DNA from: an uncultured Acidimicrobiaceae bacterium
GTDB taxonomy: Bacteria; Actinomycetota; Acidimicrobiia; Spongiisociales; UBA5794
Assembly (NCBI GenBank): GCA_947259365.1
Contig: CAMYMC010000026.1
Location: 75,162-139,161, forward strand
DNA: 64,000 nucleotides
Direction: 5' to 3'
In this document: in pieces, positions 39,812 through 48,911 of the stretch
Position numbering within the stretch: the stretch's first letter is position 1
How the letters are laid out: the number at the start of each line of letters is the position of its first letter
The notes under the pieces: generated by a model
Told to the model about the DNA's origin: nothing
The model's input: only the letters and a program-made list of their open reading frames with translations
Database searches by the model: none
Position numbers and translations under genes: made by a program

Positions 39812-40242
39812 GACGTGCCGGCGCCGCCACGCCGGTCGAGCTCCTCGCGCAGCGCCTCGTCGCTGTAGCTCATGAGCTCCGGGCTCCAGCCGAGAGCGGC
39901 CGGCGGCCCGTCGCTGCGGCCGAGGAGGTCGGCAACCGGATCCCGCAGCGTCCGGGCCCAGGCGCGTCCGGTCGCGGTGGCGTGATGGCTGAGCGTGCCG
40001 TCGGCGTTGGCGACGTAGACGCGGGCCTCGATCTGGGGACTCGCCCGCGACCCGCGCTCCCCGTATACGAGGAGCACGCAGCCCGCCGGCACGTCCTGGA
40101 TACCGCCGGCGGCGACGAACTCACCCTCGTAGGCCCAGCCGGACGCCTTCGACTCGTCGACCGACCTGACGACCTTTGCCCAGTTCTTCCGCCGTTCCTC
40201 GCCGACGAGCGGCACCTGGATCGCGATGAGCACGTCGTCCAC
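39808..40242 (-). CDS. hypothetical protein (144 aa)
   Basis: Protein-like composition; TAGGGT -10-like box 6 nt before the GTG; stop overlaps the MFS start. Confidence 0.75.
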   Translation of the reverse strand: MDDVLIAIQVPLVGEERRKNWAKVVRSVDESKASGWAYEGEFVAAGGIQDVPAGCVLLVYGERGSRASPQIEARVYVANADGTLSHHATATGRAWARTLRDPVADLLGRSDGPPAALGWSPELMSYSDEALREELDRRGGAGTS

Positions 40243-40320
40243 GGGGGCACCCTATCGGGTTGACACCGGGGCGAGGAGACGGCAGCCGGGCCCGCCGCGA
40301 GAAGGGACCACAACGACGTC

Positions 40321-40343
40321 GGGGCAGGCGCGGTGCCTGCCCC
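40321..40343 (-). terminator. GC-rich hairpin downstream of the 55-aa ORF
   Basis: GGGGCAGGC-gcggt-GCCTGCCCC perfect 9-bp stem. Confidence 0.5.
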
Positions 40344-40365
40344 GGTCGGTGGTCGGTCGGTGGAT

Positions 40366-40533
40366 CTAGCCGATGTGCTTGGCGAGGGTCGCGATCTCGT
40401 AGCGCATGCCGTCGAGGCGGGCACGCGACGCCGAGAGGTCGGCGATGGAACCGCCGTGACGGAGGTCTTCGTGCTCGAGCCACGCCGAGAGGAGACGATC
40501 GTACGCGGTCTGGAATTCGGTTGTGAGGGCCAT
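40366..40533 (-). CDS. small hypothetical protein (55 aa), absent from the ORF track
   Basis: MALTTEFQTAYDRLLSAWLEHEDLRHGGSIADLSASRARLDGMRYEIATLAKHIG; AAGGAG RBS, GC-rich third codon positions, downstream hairpin. Confidence 0.75.
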   Translation of the reverse strand: MALTTEFQTAYDRLLSAWLEHEDLRHGGSIADLSASRARLDGMRYEIATLAKHIG

Positions 40534-40571
40534 TTCGGGGCTCCTTCTTGTGTTCTCGTCTCTCAGGGTGC

Positions 40572-40629
40572 CATGAGTTTGTATTCATGTCTACTAATAT
40601 GATCTTGTGGTGATCATCAGTGTTGCTTA
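40572..40629. promoter_or_regulatory. AT-rich divergent promoter with candidate LysR boxes
   Basis: CATGA-N8-TCATG at 40572-40589 and T-N11-A (TCAGTGTTGCTTA) at 40617-40629. Confidence 0.45.
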
Positions 40630-40645
40630 ATCCATATCCGGCGAA

Positions 40646-41575
40646 GTGATCGATGCCAGACGCCTGCTGACGCTTCGCGAGGTGGCCGCTCGGGGCACGA
40701 TCGCGGCCGCTGCGGAGGCGCTCGCGTTCACGCCCTCGGCCGTGTCCCAGCAGATCTCCAAGCTCGAGACCGAGGTCGGCGCCCCCCTCCTGGAGCGTTA
40801 CGGGCGAGGGGTGCGCCTCACCGAGGTCGGCGCCGTTCTCGTCGAGCACGCCGACGCGGTCTTCGAAGCACTCGATCGCGCCGAGGCCGCCGTGGAGGAG
40901 GCGAAGGGTGAGGCCGTCGGCACCGTGCGAGTCGGCGCGTTCGCCTCCGCCGCGACAGAGCTCGTCGCCCCTGCGATCCGGTCGCTGCGGGCGACCGCGC
41001 CCAAACTGCGTATCGAGCTCAGCGAGCTGGAGGATCCCTCGTCGATCGTCGGCCTGCGGCTCGGCGAGCTCGACCTCATCGTGCTCCAGGACTTCACCCA
41101 TGTCCCAACCCGGACACCGAGCGGGTTCACTCGTCACCATCTCGTCCACGACCCGCTCGTGCTCGCTCTCCCCCGCACCTGGCGTGTCGGCGCCCTCGAG
41201 ACCCTCGGTGACCTGCGTGACCGGCCGTGGATCGCCGAGCCGGAGGTGAACCCTTCGGGCCGGGCGTTCCGACGCGCCTGCCGGGACGCCGGGTTCGAGC
41301 CCGAGATCCGCTACACCGTCGAGTCGTTCCAGGTGATGGCGGCGCTGGTGGCGCGCGGCCTCGGCGTCGCACTCGTCCCCCGCCTCGTCGTGAGGGGCAG
41401 AGCGGTCGGCCTGCGGCTCGAGGAGGCACCCGGGCGCGGGCTGTCGCGCCAGATCTACGCCGCCACCCGCCACGAGGAGGTGCAACGCCCGACGGTGCGC
41501 GCCGTCCTCGAGGCGATCCGGGAGGCCGCCGCTCAGGAGGCGCCCGGCGGGGCGTTGCGGTCGAGGAACTCGTAG
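40646..41575 (+). CDS. LysR-family transcriptional regulator
   Basis: TIAAAAEALAFTPSAVSQQISKLE HTH, VRLTEVG, LVARGLGVALVP. Confidence 0.95.
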   Translation: MIDARRLLTLREVAARGTIAAAAEALAFTPSAVSQQISKLETEVGAPLLERYGRGVRLTEVGAVLVEHADAVFEALDRAEAAVEEAKGEAVGTVRVGAFASAATELVAPAIRSLRATAPKLRIELSELEDPSSIVGLRLGELDLIVLQDFTHVPTRTPSGFTRHHLVHDPLVLALPRTWRVGALETLGDLRDRPWIAEPEVNPSGRAFRRACRDAGFEPEIRYTVESFQVMAALVARGLGVALVPRLVVRGRAVGLRLEEAPGRGLSRQIYAATRHEEVQRPTVRAVLEAIREAAAQEAPGGALRSRNS

Positions 41576-42981
41576 ACCTCGGCGAGGTCCACCCCGGGGA
41601 TCGTCTCGACCGGCATCGCGGCGAGCACGTGGCTGTTGGGTCGCACCGACGGCCAGGCCCAACCCGACCACCGCGACGTCATCGTTTCAGCAGGCCGCCG
41701 ACAGCAGTCCCCGTCCGGGCACCGGCTGACCGAGCGCCGATCCGTGTCTCTCCCCCGGAAGTGCTGAGCGTCCTCGAAGCGGACGCCGACGGTGATCGCC
41801 TCCATCCGGTGCTCGTCGACGTGCGTGGCACACCAGAAGGTCCCCTCGCGCGTGTCGGTGTACTGGTGATGGATGGAGAACTTGTCCTCGGAGTGGAAGG
41901 CCTGGCGCGTTCCCCACTCCCGACACAGTCGCTGGCCCTCGATGGCGCCCACCGAGTTCTTCGGGAACGGGACGTCGTTGTTCTCGTACGCCTTCCAGAT
42001 GATGCCGAGCTCGTCGGAGCGGACGAAGTGGACCCGGAGTCCGAGATGCTCGGTGGCGAGGTTCGTGAAACGGTGCGCGGCCATCTCGTAGCTCACGTAG
42101 AACGTGTCCCGCAGATCGCCGATCGACAGGTCGCGCTCGTCCATCGCCTCCCGCAGGAAGGGCACCGCGGCGACCTCGGGAACGAGCGCGGCACCGGCGA
42201 AGTAGTTCGCCTCGACCCGCTGGCGCAAGAACTCGGCGAAACTCACCGGATCCTCGTGGCCGAGGGCGAAGTGCCCCAGGGTCTGGAGGACGACGGAGCG
42301 AGCCCCCCTCGTCGACATCGCATCCCGCTGCGGCACGTAGAGACGGCGGTGACGCAGATCGGTGACGGACCGGACCGACGATGGCAGATCCTGGGCCCTG
42401 ACGACGGTGAAGCCCATGTGACCGGCGAGGCTCTGGATGTCGCCTTCAGTCAGGGCGGCATGCCCGGCGTAGTCCACGGCGGCAACCGCCTCGCGAGCGA
42501 GCTTCTCGATCTCGGCGAAGTAGTTGCCTCGCTCCTTCATCTCGGCGCGGAGCACCGAGTTCGCGATGCGGGCTTCTTCTCGCGTCGCCACGGTCGGCGC
42601 CGCCCTTCCCTTCACCTCGTTGAACAGCGCCAGGATGTGCTCGAGCGCGGCATCGGGGAGCTTCGCCGAGGGCTTGAGGTGCGGCAGCCCCAGCTCGCGG
42701 TAGAGCGCGTGCTCCTGGGCCCGCTCGATCCCGATCTCCAGCTCCGCTCGTCGCGACGGGGGCTCGGGGCTGAGCAGTTCGACGGCGGCGACGTCGAGGG
42801 CCTCTGCGATCGCGTTGATGACCCCGAGCCGGGGCTCGCGCTTGCCGTTCTCGACGAGCGACAGGTAGGGCGCCGGCTTGTCCACGCGTGCCCCGAGCTC
42901 CTCGAGGGTGAGCCCGCGAGCCCGCCGGTAATGCCGGACTCTGTGACCGAACACGAGCGGATCGACTGTGTTTTCGCTCAT
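41533..42981 (-). CDS. XRE-family RamB/PrpR-like regulator of the glyoxylate shunt
   Basis: N-terminal HTH (YLSLVENGKREP), EANYFAGAAL, VSYEMAAHR, C-terminal Cys cluster CPDGDCC; divergent from aceB-aceA. Confidence 0.85.
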   Translation of the reverse strand: MSENTVDPLVFGHRVRHYRRARGLTLEELGARVDKPAPYLSLVENGKREPRLGVINAIAEALDVAAVELLSPEPPSRRAELEIGIERAQEHALYRELGLPHLKPSAKLPDAALEHILALFNEVKGRAAPTVATREEARIANSVLRAEMKERGNYFAEIEKLAREAVAAVDYAGHAALTEGDIQSLAGHMGFTVVRAQDLPSSVRSVTDLRHRRLYVPQRDAMSTRGARSVVLQTLGHFALGHEDPVSFAEFLRQRVEANYFAGAALVPEVAAVPFLREAMDERDLSIGDLRDTFYVSYEMAAHRFTNLATEHLGLRVHFVRSDELGIIWKAYENNDVPFPKNSVGAIEGQRLCREWGTRQAFHSEDKFSIHHQYTDTREGTFWCATHVDEHRMEAITVGVRFEDAQHFRGRDTDRRSVSRCPDGDCCRRPAETMTSRWSGWAWPSVRPNSHVLAAMPVETIPGVDLAEVYEFLDRNAPPGAS

Positions 42982-43120
42982 AATCATGCCCCTCTCGGTG
43001 TCACATGATAAGAACTTCTGATCTTTGCCGCATCATGTCTTGCGACGCAGCCGGTCACGGGCGACGCTGACGCCAGCCCGGAGTGCGATCCGGGGCCCGA
43101 CCGAGTGGAGGACGATCGTC

Positions 43121-44731
43121 GTGGAAACCCCCCTAGGAGTGGAGTTGCGAGGCCCAACGGTCCCCGCGTCCGACGGGGCGCCCGGCTTCAACGAGGTGCT
43201 CTCCGCCGAAGCGCTCGCGTTCGTCGCCGATCTCCACCGCGGCTTCGGAGCGACGCGGGCCGGGCTCCTCACGGCGCGTGCCGCCCGGCAGCGGCGCATC
43301 GATGAGGGCGAGATGCCAGGGTTCCTCGACGAGACCGCCGGGGTGAGAACGGCCGAGTGGACCGTCGTCCCGCCCGCACCCGATCTCATGGACCGCCGGG
43401 TCGAGATCACCGGCCCCGTCGATCGCAAGATGATGATCAACGCGCTCAACTCCGGAGCCAGGGTCTTCATGGCCGACTTCGAGGACTCGGCATCGCCGAC
43501 GTGGGAGAACATGGTGCGGGGCCAGGCCAACCTCATGGACGCCGTCCGCGGGACGATCTCGATGACGTCGAACGGCAAGCACTACGCGCTCGGCGAGGAG
43601 ACGGCGACCCTCGTCGTCCGCCCCCGCGGATGGCACCTGCCCGAGCGCCACATCCTCGTCGACGGCGAGCCGATCTCGGCGAGCCTCCTCGACTTCGGGC
43701 TCTACGTGTTCCACAACGCCGCCGAGCTCGTCGCTCGCGGCTCCGGTCCCTACTTCTACCTTCCCAAGCTCGAGAGCCATCTCGAGGCGCGCCTGTGGAA
43801 CGACGTCTTCTTGCGGGCCCAGGACGCCCTCGGCCTGCCCCGGGGCACGATCAGAGCCACCGTGCTCATCGAGACGATCCTCGCCGCGTTCGAGATGGAC
43901 GAGATCCTCTACGAGCTCAAGGACCACTCCTCGGGCCTCAACGCCGGACGATGGGACTACATGTTCTCCATCATCAAGAAGTTCAGGAACCACCCCGAGA
44001 TGGTGCTGCCGGACCGGGCCCAGGTCACGATGACCGTTCCGTTCATGCGGGCCTACACCGATCTCCTCATCCGCACCTGCCACCGGCGGGGTGCCCATGC
44101 CATGGGAGGGATGGCGGCATTCATCCCCTCCCGGCGCGATCCCGAGATCAATCGGGTCGCGATGGCGAAGGTACGCGACGACAAAGAACGCGAGTCCCGC
44201 GACGGCCACGACGGCACCTGGGTCGCCCACCCCGACCTCGTCCCCCTCGCCACCGAGGTCTTCGCCGAGGTCCTCGGTGACCGCCCCCACCAGATCGGAG
44301 TGCTCCGCGAGGACGTCACGCCCGATGCCGCCGCCCTGCTGGACACGAAGGTGGAGGGCGGCACCGTGACCCCCGACGGCGTGCGCACGAACGTCGACGT
44401 CGCGATCCGCTACCTCGCCTCGTGGCTCACCGGCAACGGCGCCGCCGCCATCTACAACCTCATGGAGGACGCGGCAACGGCCGAGATCTCGCGGTCGCAG
44501 CTCTGGCAGTGGGTCCACAACGCCATCGCCACGAGCGACGGCGAGACCGTCGACGAGCGTCTCGTGGGCTCCATCGCGGACGAGGCCCTCGCCCGGCTGC
44601 GCGATGAACTCGGCCCGGAGGCGTTCGCGGCGGGGAGGTTCGAGGAGGCGCGCGCGCTTCTGGAACGGGTCGCCCTCGACGCCGAGTTCCACGAGTTCCT
44701 CACGCTCCCGGCGTATGAGCTCATCGACTGA
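43121..44731 (+). CDS. aceB: malate synthase A
   Basis: [43 protein letters not shown]; start codon uncertain. Confidence 0.95.
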   Translation: METPLGVELRGPTVPASDGAPGFNEVLSAEALAFVADLHRGFGATRAGLLTARAARQRRIDEGEMPGFLDETAGVRTAEWTVVPPAPDLMDRRVEITGPVDRKMMINALNSGARVFMADFEDSASPTWENMVRGQANLMDAVRGTISMTSNGKHYALGEETATLVVRPRGWHLPERHILVDGEPISASLLDFGLYVFHNAAELVARGSGPYFYLPKLESHLEARLWNDVFLRAQDALGLPRGTIRATVLIETILAAFEMDEILYELKDHSSGLNAGRWDYMFSIIKKFRNHPEMVLPDRAQVTMTVPFMRAYTDLLIRTCHRRGAHAMGGMAAFIPSRRDPEINRVAMAKVRDDKERESRDGHDGTWVAHPDLVPLATEVFAEVLGDRPHQIGVLREDVTPDAAALLDTKVEGGTVTPDGVRTNVDVAIRYLASWLTGNGAAAIYNLMEDAATAEISRSQLWQWVHNAIATSDGETVDERLVGSIADEALARLRDELGPEAFAAGRFEEARALLERVALDAEFHEFLTLPAYELID

Positions 44732-44762
44732 AACGACCGATCGACGACGAGAGGTGGGCACG

Positions 44763-46064
44763 ATGACGTCAGACCAGGCTCACGACGAGCGGGCCGCGGC
44801 GATCCGTGATGACTGGGCCTCGAACCCGAGATGGGCGAGCGTCCGGCGAGACTACGCACCCGAGGACGTCGTGCGACTCCAGGGGTCGTTCCCGATCGAG
44901 CACACCCTGGCGCGGCGCGGGGCAGAGCAGCTCTGGGAGCTCCTCTGCAGCGACGACTACGTCCACGCCCTCGGGGCGATGTCGGGGGGCCAGGCGGTGC
45001 AGATGGTCAAGGCGGGACTCCGGGCGATCTATCTCTCCGGCTGGCAGGTCGCCGGCGACGCCAACCTCTCCGGCGAGGTGTACCCGGACCAGTCGCTGTA
45101 TCCCGTCAACAGCGGCCCGGAGCTGGTGCGCCGCATCAACAGCGCATTGCGCCGGGCCGACGAGATCGAGTGGTCGGAGGGCCAGCGGGGCCGCGTTTGG
45201 ATGGTCCCCGTCGTCGCCGACGCCGAGGCCGGGTTCGGCGGCGCCCTCAACGCCTTCGAGCTCACGAAGAGCTACATCGCCGCCGGGGCCGCCGCCGTCC
45301 ACCTCGAGGATCAGCTCGCTGCGGAGAAGAAGTGCGGGCACATGGGCGGCAAGGTGCTCGTCCCCACCTCCCAGCACATCAGGACGCTGACCTCGGCACG
45401 GCTCGCCGCCGACGTCATGGGGGTTCCGACCCTCGTCATGGCACGGACGGATTCGCTCGGGGCCACCCTGCTGATGAGCGACGTCGACGAGCGGGACCGA
45501 CGGTTCCTCACGGGTGAGCGCACAGCGGAGGGCTTCTACCGTGTCCGCAACGGGATGGCGTCGGCGATCGCCCGCGGCCTCGCCTACGCCCCGTACGCCG
45601 ACCTCATCTGGTGCGAGACGGCGACGCCGGACCTCGCCGAGGCCGCGACGTTCGCCGAGGCGATGCACGCCGAGTACCCCGGGAAGATGCTCGCCTACAA
45701 CTGCTCGCCGTCGTTCAACTGGAGGCGCCACCTCGACGACGCCACGATCGCCAAGTTCCAGAAGGAGCTGGGGGCGATGGGCTACCGCTTCCAGTTCATC
45801 ACCCTCGCCGGGTTCCACGCCCTCAACGCCACGATGTTCGACCTCGCCGAGGGCTACGCCGCAGAGGGCATGACGGCCTACGTGCGCCTCCAGGAGGCGG
45901 AGTTCGCGATGGAGGACCGGGGCTACACCGCCACCCGCCACCAGCGGGAGGTCGGCGCCGGCTACTTCGACGAGGTCTCCCAGGTGATCACCGGGGGCGC
46001 CTCCTCGACGCTGGCCCTCGAAGGCTCGACGGAGGAAGACCAGTTCTACGACGGCGAGGAGTGA
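44763..46064 (+). CDS. aceA: isocitrate lyase
   Basis: [42 protein letters not shown]. Confidence 0.97.
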   Translation: MTSDQAHDERAAAIRDDWASNPRWASVRRDYAPEDVVRLQGSFPIEHTLARRGAEQLWELLCSDDYVHALGAMSGGQAVQMVKAGLRAIYLSGWQVAGDANLSGEVYPDQSLYPVNSGPELVRRINSALRRADEIEWSEGQRGRVWMVPVVADAEAGFGGALNAFELTKSYIAAGAAAVHLEDQLAAEKKCGHMGGKVLVPTSQHIRTLTSARLAADVMGVPTLVMARTDSLGATLLMSDVDERDRRFLTGERTAEGFYRVRNGMASAIARGLAYAPYADLIWCETATPDLAEAATFAEAMHAEYPGKMLAYNCSPSFNWRRHLDDATIAKFQKELGAMGYRFQFITLAGFHALNATMFDLAEGYAAEGMTAYVRLQEAEFAMEDRGYTATRHQREVGAGYFDEVSQVITGGASSTLALEGSTEEDQFYDGEE

Positions 46065-46156
46065 CCGACCCGGGCCACCGGGCTCCACCGAGCGAACGAA
46101 TCTGGAGGTGATCCCCATACCGTGACGGGGCAGGGTCGCCGATGCTGTGGTCATGA

Positions 46157-46360
46157 GCGCGGCAGTCCCTCGAACCCGGCACCCGCCTGCTCGCCACGAA
46201 GACGAGCTGGCGGAGGGTCACCGGCTGGATCAACGCCAACGCGCTGGCGCTCTACGTCGTCCACCTCACGCCATGGCTCGTCATGATCGCCACCGCCGTC
46301 ACCGTGTTGGGCTGGGAGCCGCCAGAGGCACCGACGGCCGGCTGGTGGCCTGCTCCGGCT
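46157..46360 (+). pseudogene. remnant resembling the C-terminal part of an actinobacterial acyltransferase_3 membrane protein
   Basis: Start-less frame reading WRRVTGWINANALALYVVHLT...LGWEPPEAPTAGWW; no N-terminal part. Confidence 0.4.
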
Positions 46361-46411
46361 CTATCGCCCCACCGGACGGCGCAACTGAAGGTGGTGGGCT
46401 CCGCCCGGCTC

Positions 46412-47170
46412 TCAGCCGACGAATCTGCCGACGAACAGCAAGGTGCGGAGGCGGGTCCTCTCGGACTCGGTCTCCGTCCAGAACTCACCGTGGATCGGGA
46501 TGACGATCGTGTCCGGGCTCGACGCCATCTCGCCCACCCAGTGCCACGACGCCCCGGGAACGCCGAGGATGACGTCCGGGATGGTCTCCCACGTCCGCCC
46601 GTCGGGCGAGGTGAGAAGTGACAGAGGGCTGGCGACCTGAGGCTCCGGGCCCCAGGTGTCCTCGCGCGACACGGCGACCGCTCCCCGGGGGCCAACGGCG
46701 ATCTCGAGGGCGGCGACGTCTCCCCGGGCTCTGTCCCAGGCGGCACCGTCCGCCGACGACCACAGGCCTCGTCTCGTCGTGCAGGCCTCGAGGATCCCGG
46801 TGACGGAGCACTCCTCGCCCTCGTAGGCGACGACGACATACCGGCCGCCGACATGGAACAGGTTCTCGATCCATTGGGCCTCGATGCCAGGCTCGTCGGT
46901 GACGAGGTTCCACGTCCGCCCGTCTGGCGAGGACCACACGGCGGATCGCTCCGGATCCGAGCTGGTGAAGAGGAGGAACCCCGCGTCGTTGCCGACGAGA
47001 ACCGGGGCGCCGGTGAACGCGAACGCTCCGGCTGAGAGCTCGGGGCCGACGAACGGCGGGCGAGCCGGCGCGAGCTCGCTCCCGGGGCCGGGCGTCGCGG
47101 AACCCGACGGCGGCAGGATCCGGACGGATTCCCCTGCGGTGTCGTCCCGTGCTCGCGTTCGCCACGCCAT
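46412..47170 (-). CDS. Asp-box (BNR) repeat protein, probably truncated
   Basis: Three S-x-D-G-x-x-W repeats (SPDGRTW twice, SADGAAW); no signal peptide; N-terminus uncertain. Confidence 0.55.
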   Translation of the reverse strand: MAWRTRARDDTAGESVRILPPSGSATPGPGSELAPARPPFVGPELSAGAFAFTGAPVLVGNDAGFLLFTSSDPERSAVWSSPDGRTWNLVTDEPGIEAQWIENLFHVGGRYVVVAYEGEECSVTGILEACTTRRGLWSSADGAAWDRARGDVAALEIAVGPRGAVAVSREDTWGPEPQVASPLSLLTSPDGRTWETIPDVILGVPGASWHWVGEMASSPDTIVIPIHGEFWTETESERTRLRTLLFVGRFVG

Positions 47171-47307
47171 CGGCTCCATTCTGGGACAACCGGTCTGCAA
47201 CGACCAAGGGCCTCGGTCACCACATCGCTGCCACGCTTCAGCCGGCGGCGTCACCTGCCGATGACACACGAAGAGGCCCCGGTAGGGAAGAGAGGGTCGC
47301 CGTGCGA

Positions 47308-47439
47308 ATGTTTGCCTTCTGCGGAGCATGCGGCAGAGCCGTCACCCTCGAGCGCGGCCTCTGCCCCCCGTGCCGCAGGCGGCGTATCGACGCGATCCCG
47401 CCCCGCCGGGAGAAGGTCCCCAAGAAGCCGAAGCGCTGA
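47308..47439 (+). CDS. putative 43-aa zinc-ribbon microprotein
   Basis: MFAFCGACGRAVTLERGLCPPCRRRR... (CxxC-x10-CxxC plus basic tail); purine-rich RBS-like sequence upstream. Confidence 0.45.
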   Translation: MFAFCGACGRAVTLERGLCPPCRRRRIDAIPPRREKVPKKPKR

Positions 47440-47462
47440 GCCCGCCGCGCCGTCGCGACGTT

Positions 47463-47490
47463 CTCACTCCCCCTTCACACACCCCTAACA
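47463..47490 (+). promoter_or_regulatory. 11-bp-period direct repeats (PhoP/OmpR-type box candidate)
   Basis: CTCACT (47463), TTCACA (47474), CTAACA (47485) spaced exactly 11 nt apart. Confidence 0.4.
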
Positions 47491-47660
47491 CCGCGCCCCG
47501 ACGATGTCGTCATGGTGACGCGGTGCAACACGAGATCCGGCCGCACGACGCGACGACGACTCCCCTGCGCTCGATCGGCGGCCCCGGTCGATGCCCGTGC
47601 CGGTGGTGCCGGTGGGACGCGGACGGCACGTCGTGCGGCCGCCCAACCCGAGGGCGCCGC

Positions 47661-48911
47661 GTGAGCTTCACGACCCGCGAGCGGATGTCCCATGTCGCCC
47701 GCCGGCTCGGGTTCGGCATCGAGCCCCGCATCGTCGACGCCGCCGCCACCGTCGACGATGCCATCGCCGCCGCACTCGACCTCTCGGCGCCTGCGCCACC
47801 GCCGCCTCACCTCGATCCGCCCCGCGACGGCGAGGAGGCAAGGGGCCCGGACCAGGCCGAGACGCCGTACCGCTACTGGCTGGGAAACCTCGTGGCGGGG
47901 CCCCGCCGCATCGAGGAGCGGCTCACCTGGTTCTTCACAGACCACTTCGCCACCGACATCCGCAAGGTGCGGATCCCTTACCTCCTCTACCGCCAGCACC
48001 TCACCATCCGCAGCCACGCCACCGGCAGCTTTGCCGACCTTCTCCACGCCATCGCCGTCGACGCGGCGATGCTCCTCTACCTCGACGGCATCCGCAACGC
48101 CGCCGGCAGGGTCAACGAGAACTTCGGCCGCGAGGTCCTCGAGCTCTACACCCTGGGGCGGGGGAACTACTCCGAGGCCGACGTCGTCGAGGCCTCGCGC
48201 GCGTTCTCTGGCTGGGTCGTCGTCAACCCGGAAGGGCGGGCGGCTCGGCTCCTCGACGTGACGCCGTGGAGCGCCGTGTTCGTGCCGTCGCGCCACGACC
48301 GGGGCCCGAAGACGCTGCTCGGGGTCTCCGGCAACCTCGACGCCGCAGCCGCCGTCGACGTGCTCCTCGATCACCCGGCGACGGCTGAGACCATCGCCGC
48401 CAAGCTCTGGATCGAGCTCGTCGGCACCGAGCCTCGGCCCGCGACGGTGCGATCGCTCGGTGCCGTCTTCCGCCGCGACTACCGGGTCATGGACCTCGTC
48501 TCTGCGATCGCCGCCGACCCTGCGTTCACCGCAGACGACGCGATCAGGGCGAGGGTCCGCACCCCGCTGGAGAAGGCGATCGGGCTCGTCCAGGTCCTCG
48601 GCCCGACCGAGAACACCGGACGGGGCCTGTTCGCCTTCCTCGGCACCGTCGGCTATGTGCCGTTCCGGCCCCCGAACCCCGCCGGTTACCCGAAGGGGAC
48701 CCGGCTCCTCGGCCCCCACCAACTCATCCATTCGTTCGATCTCGCCGCCGCCCTGCCCGCCGACGTGAGGGACCTCGACGCCGCCGACCTCATGGCTCGC
48801 CTCGGGATCTTCGACGTCACCGAGACGACGCGAGCCGTCCTCGACGCCGCCCCGACCGGGGCGGTCCGAGCCGCGCTCGCCATCAACGCACCGGAGTACC
48901 ACGTCACATGA
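47661..48911 (+). CDS. DUF1800 family protein
   Basis: ERLTWFFTDHFAT, AMLLYLD, NENFGREVLELYTLG, PPNPAGY. Confidence 0.92.
   Translation: MSFTTRERMSHVARRLGFGIEPRIVDAAATVDDAIAAALDLSAPAPPPPHLDPPRDGEEARGPDQAETPYRYWLGNLVAGPRRIEERLTWFFTDHFATDIRKVRIPYLLYRQHLTIRSHATGSFADLLHAIAVDAAMLLYLDGIRNAAGRVNENFGREVLELYTLGRGNYSEADVVEASRAFSGWVVVNPEGRAARLLDVTPWSAVFVPSRHDRGPKTLLGVSGNLDAAAAVDVLLDHPATAETIAAKLWIELVGTEPRPATVRSLGAVFRRDYRVMDLVSAIAADPAFTADDAIRARVRTPLEKAIGLVQVLGPTENTGRGLFAFLGTVGYVPFRPPNPAGYPKGTRLLGPHQLIHSFDLAAALPADVRDLDAADLMARLGIFDVTETTRAVLDAAPTGAVRAALAINAPEYHVT

Noticed and set aside
41533..41575. 43-bp convergent overlap between LysR and the XRE regulator
   Set aside because: Short 3' overlaps are common in GC-rich genomes; no evidence of a function
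47512..47664. Short ORF (MVTRCNTR...) overlapping the DUF1800 start
   Set aside because: Low-complexity Arg/Ala/Gly sequence with no RBS or motif; probably chance
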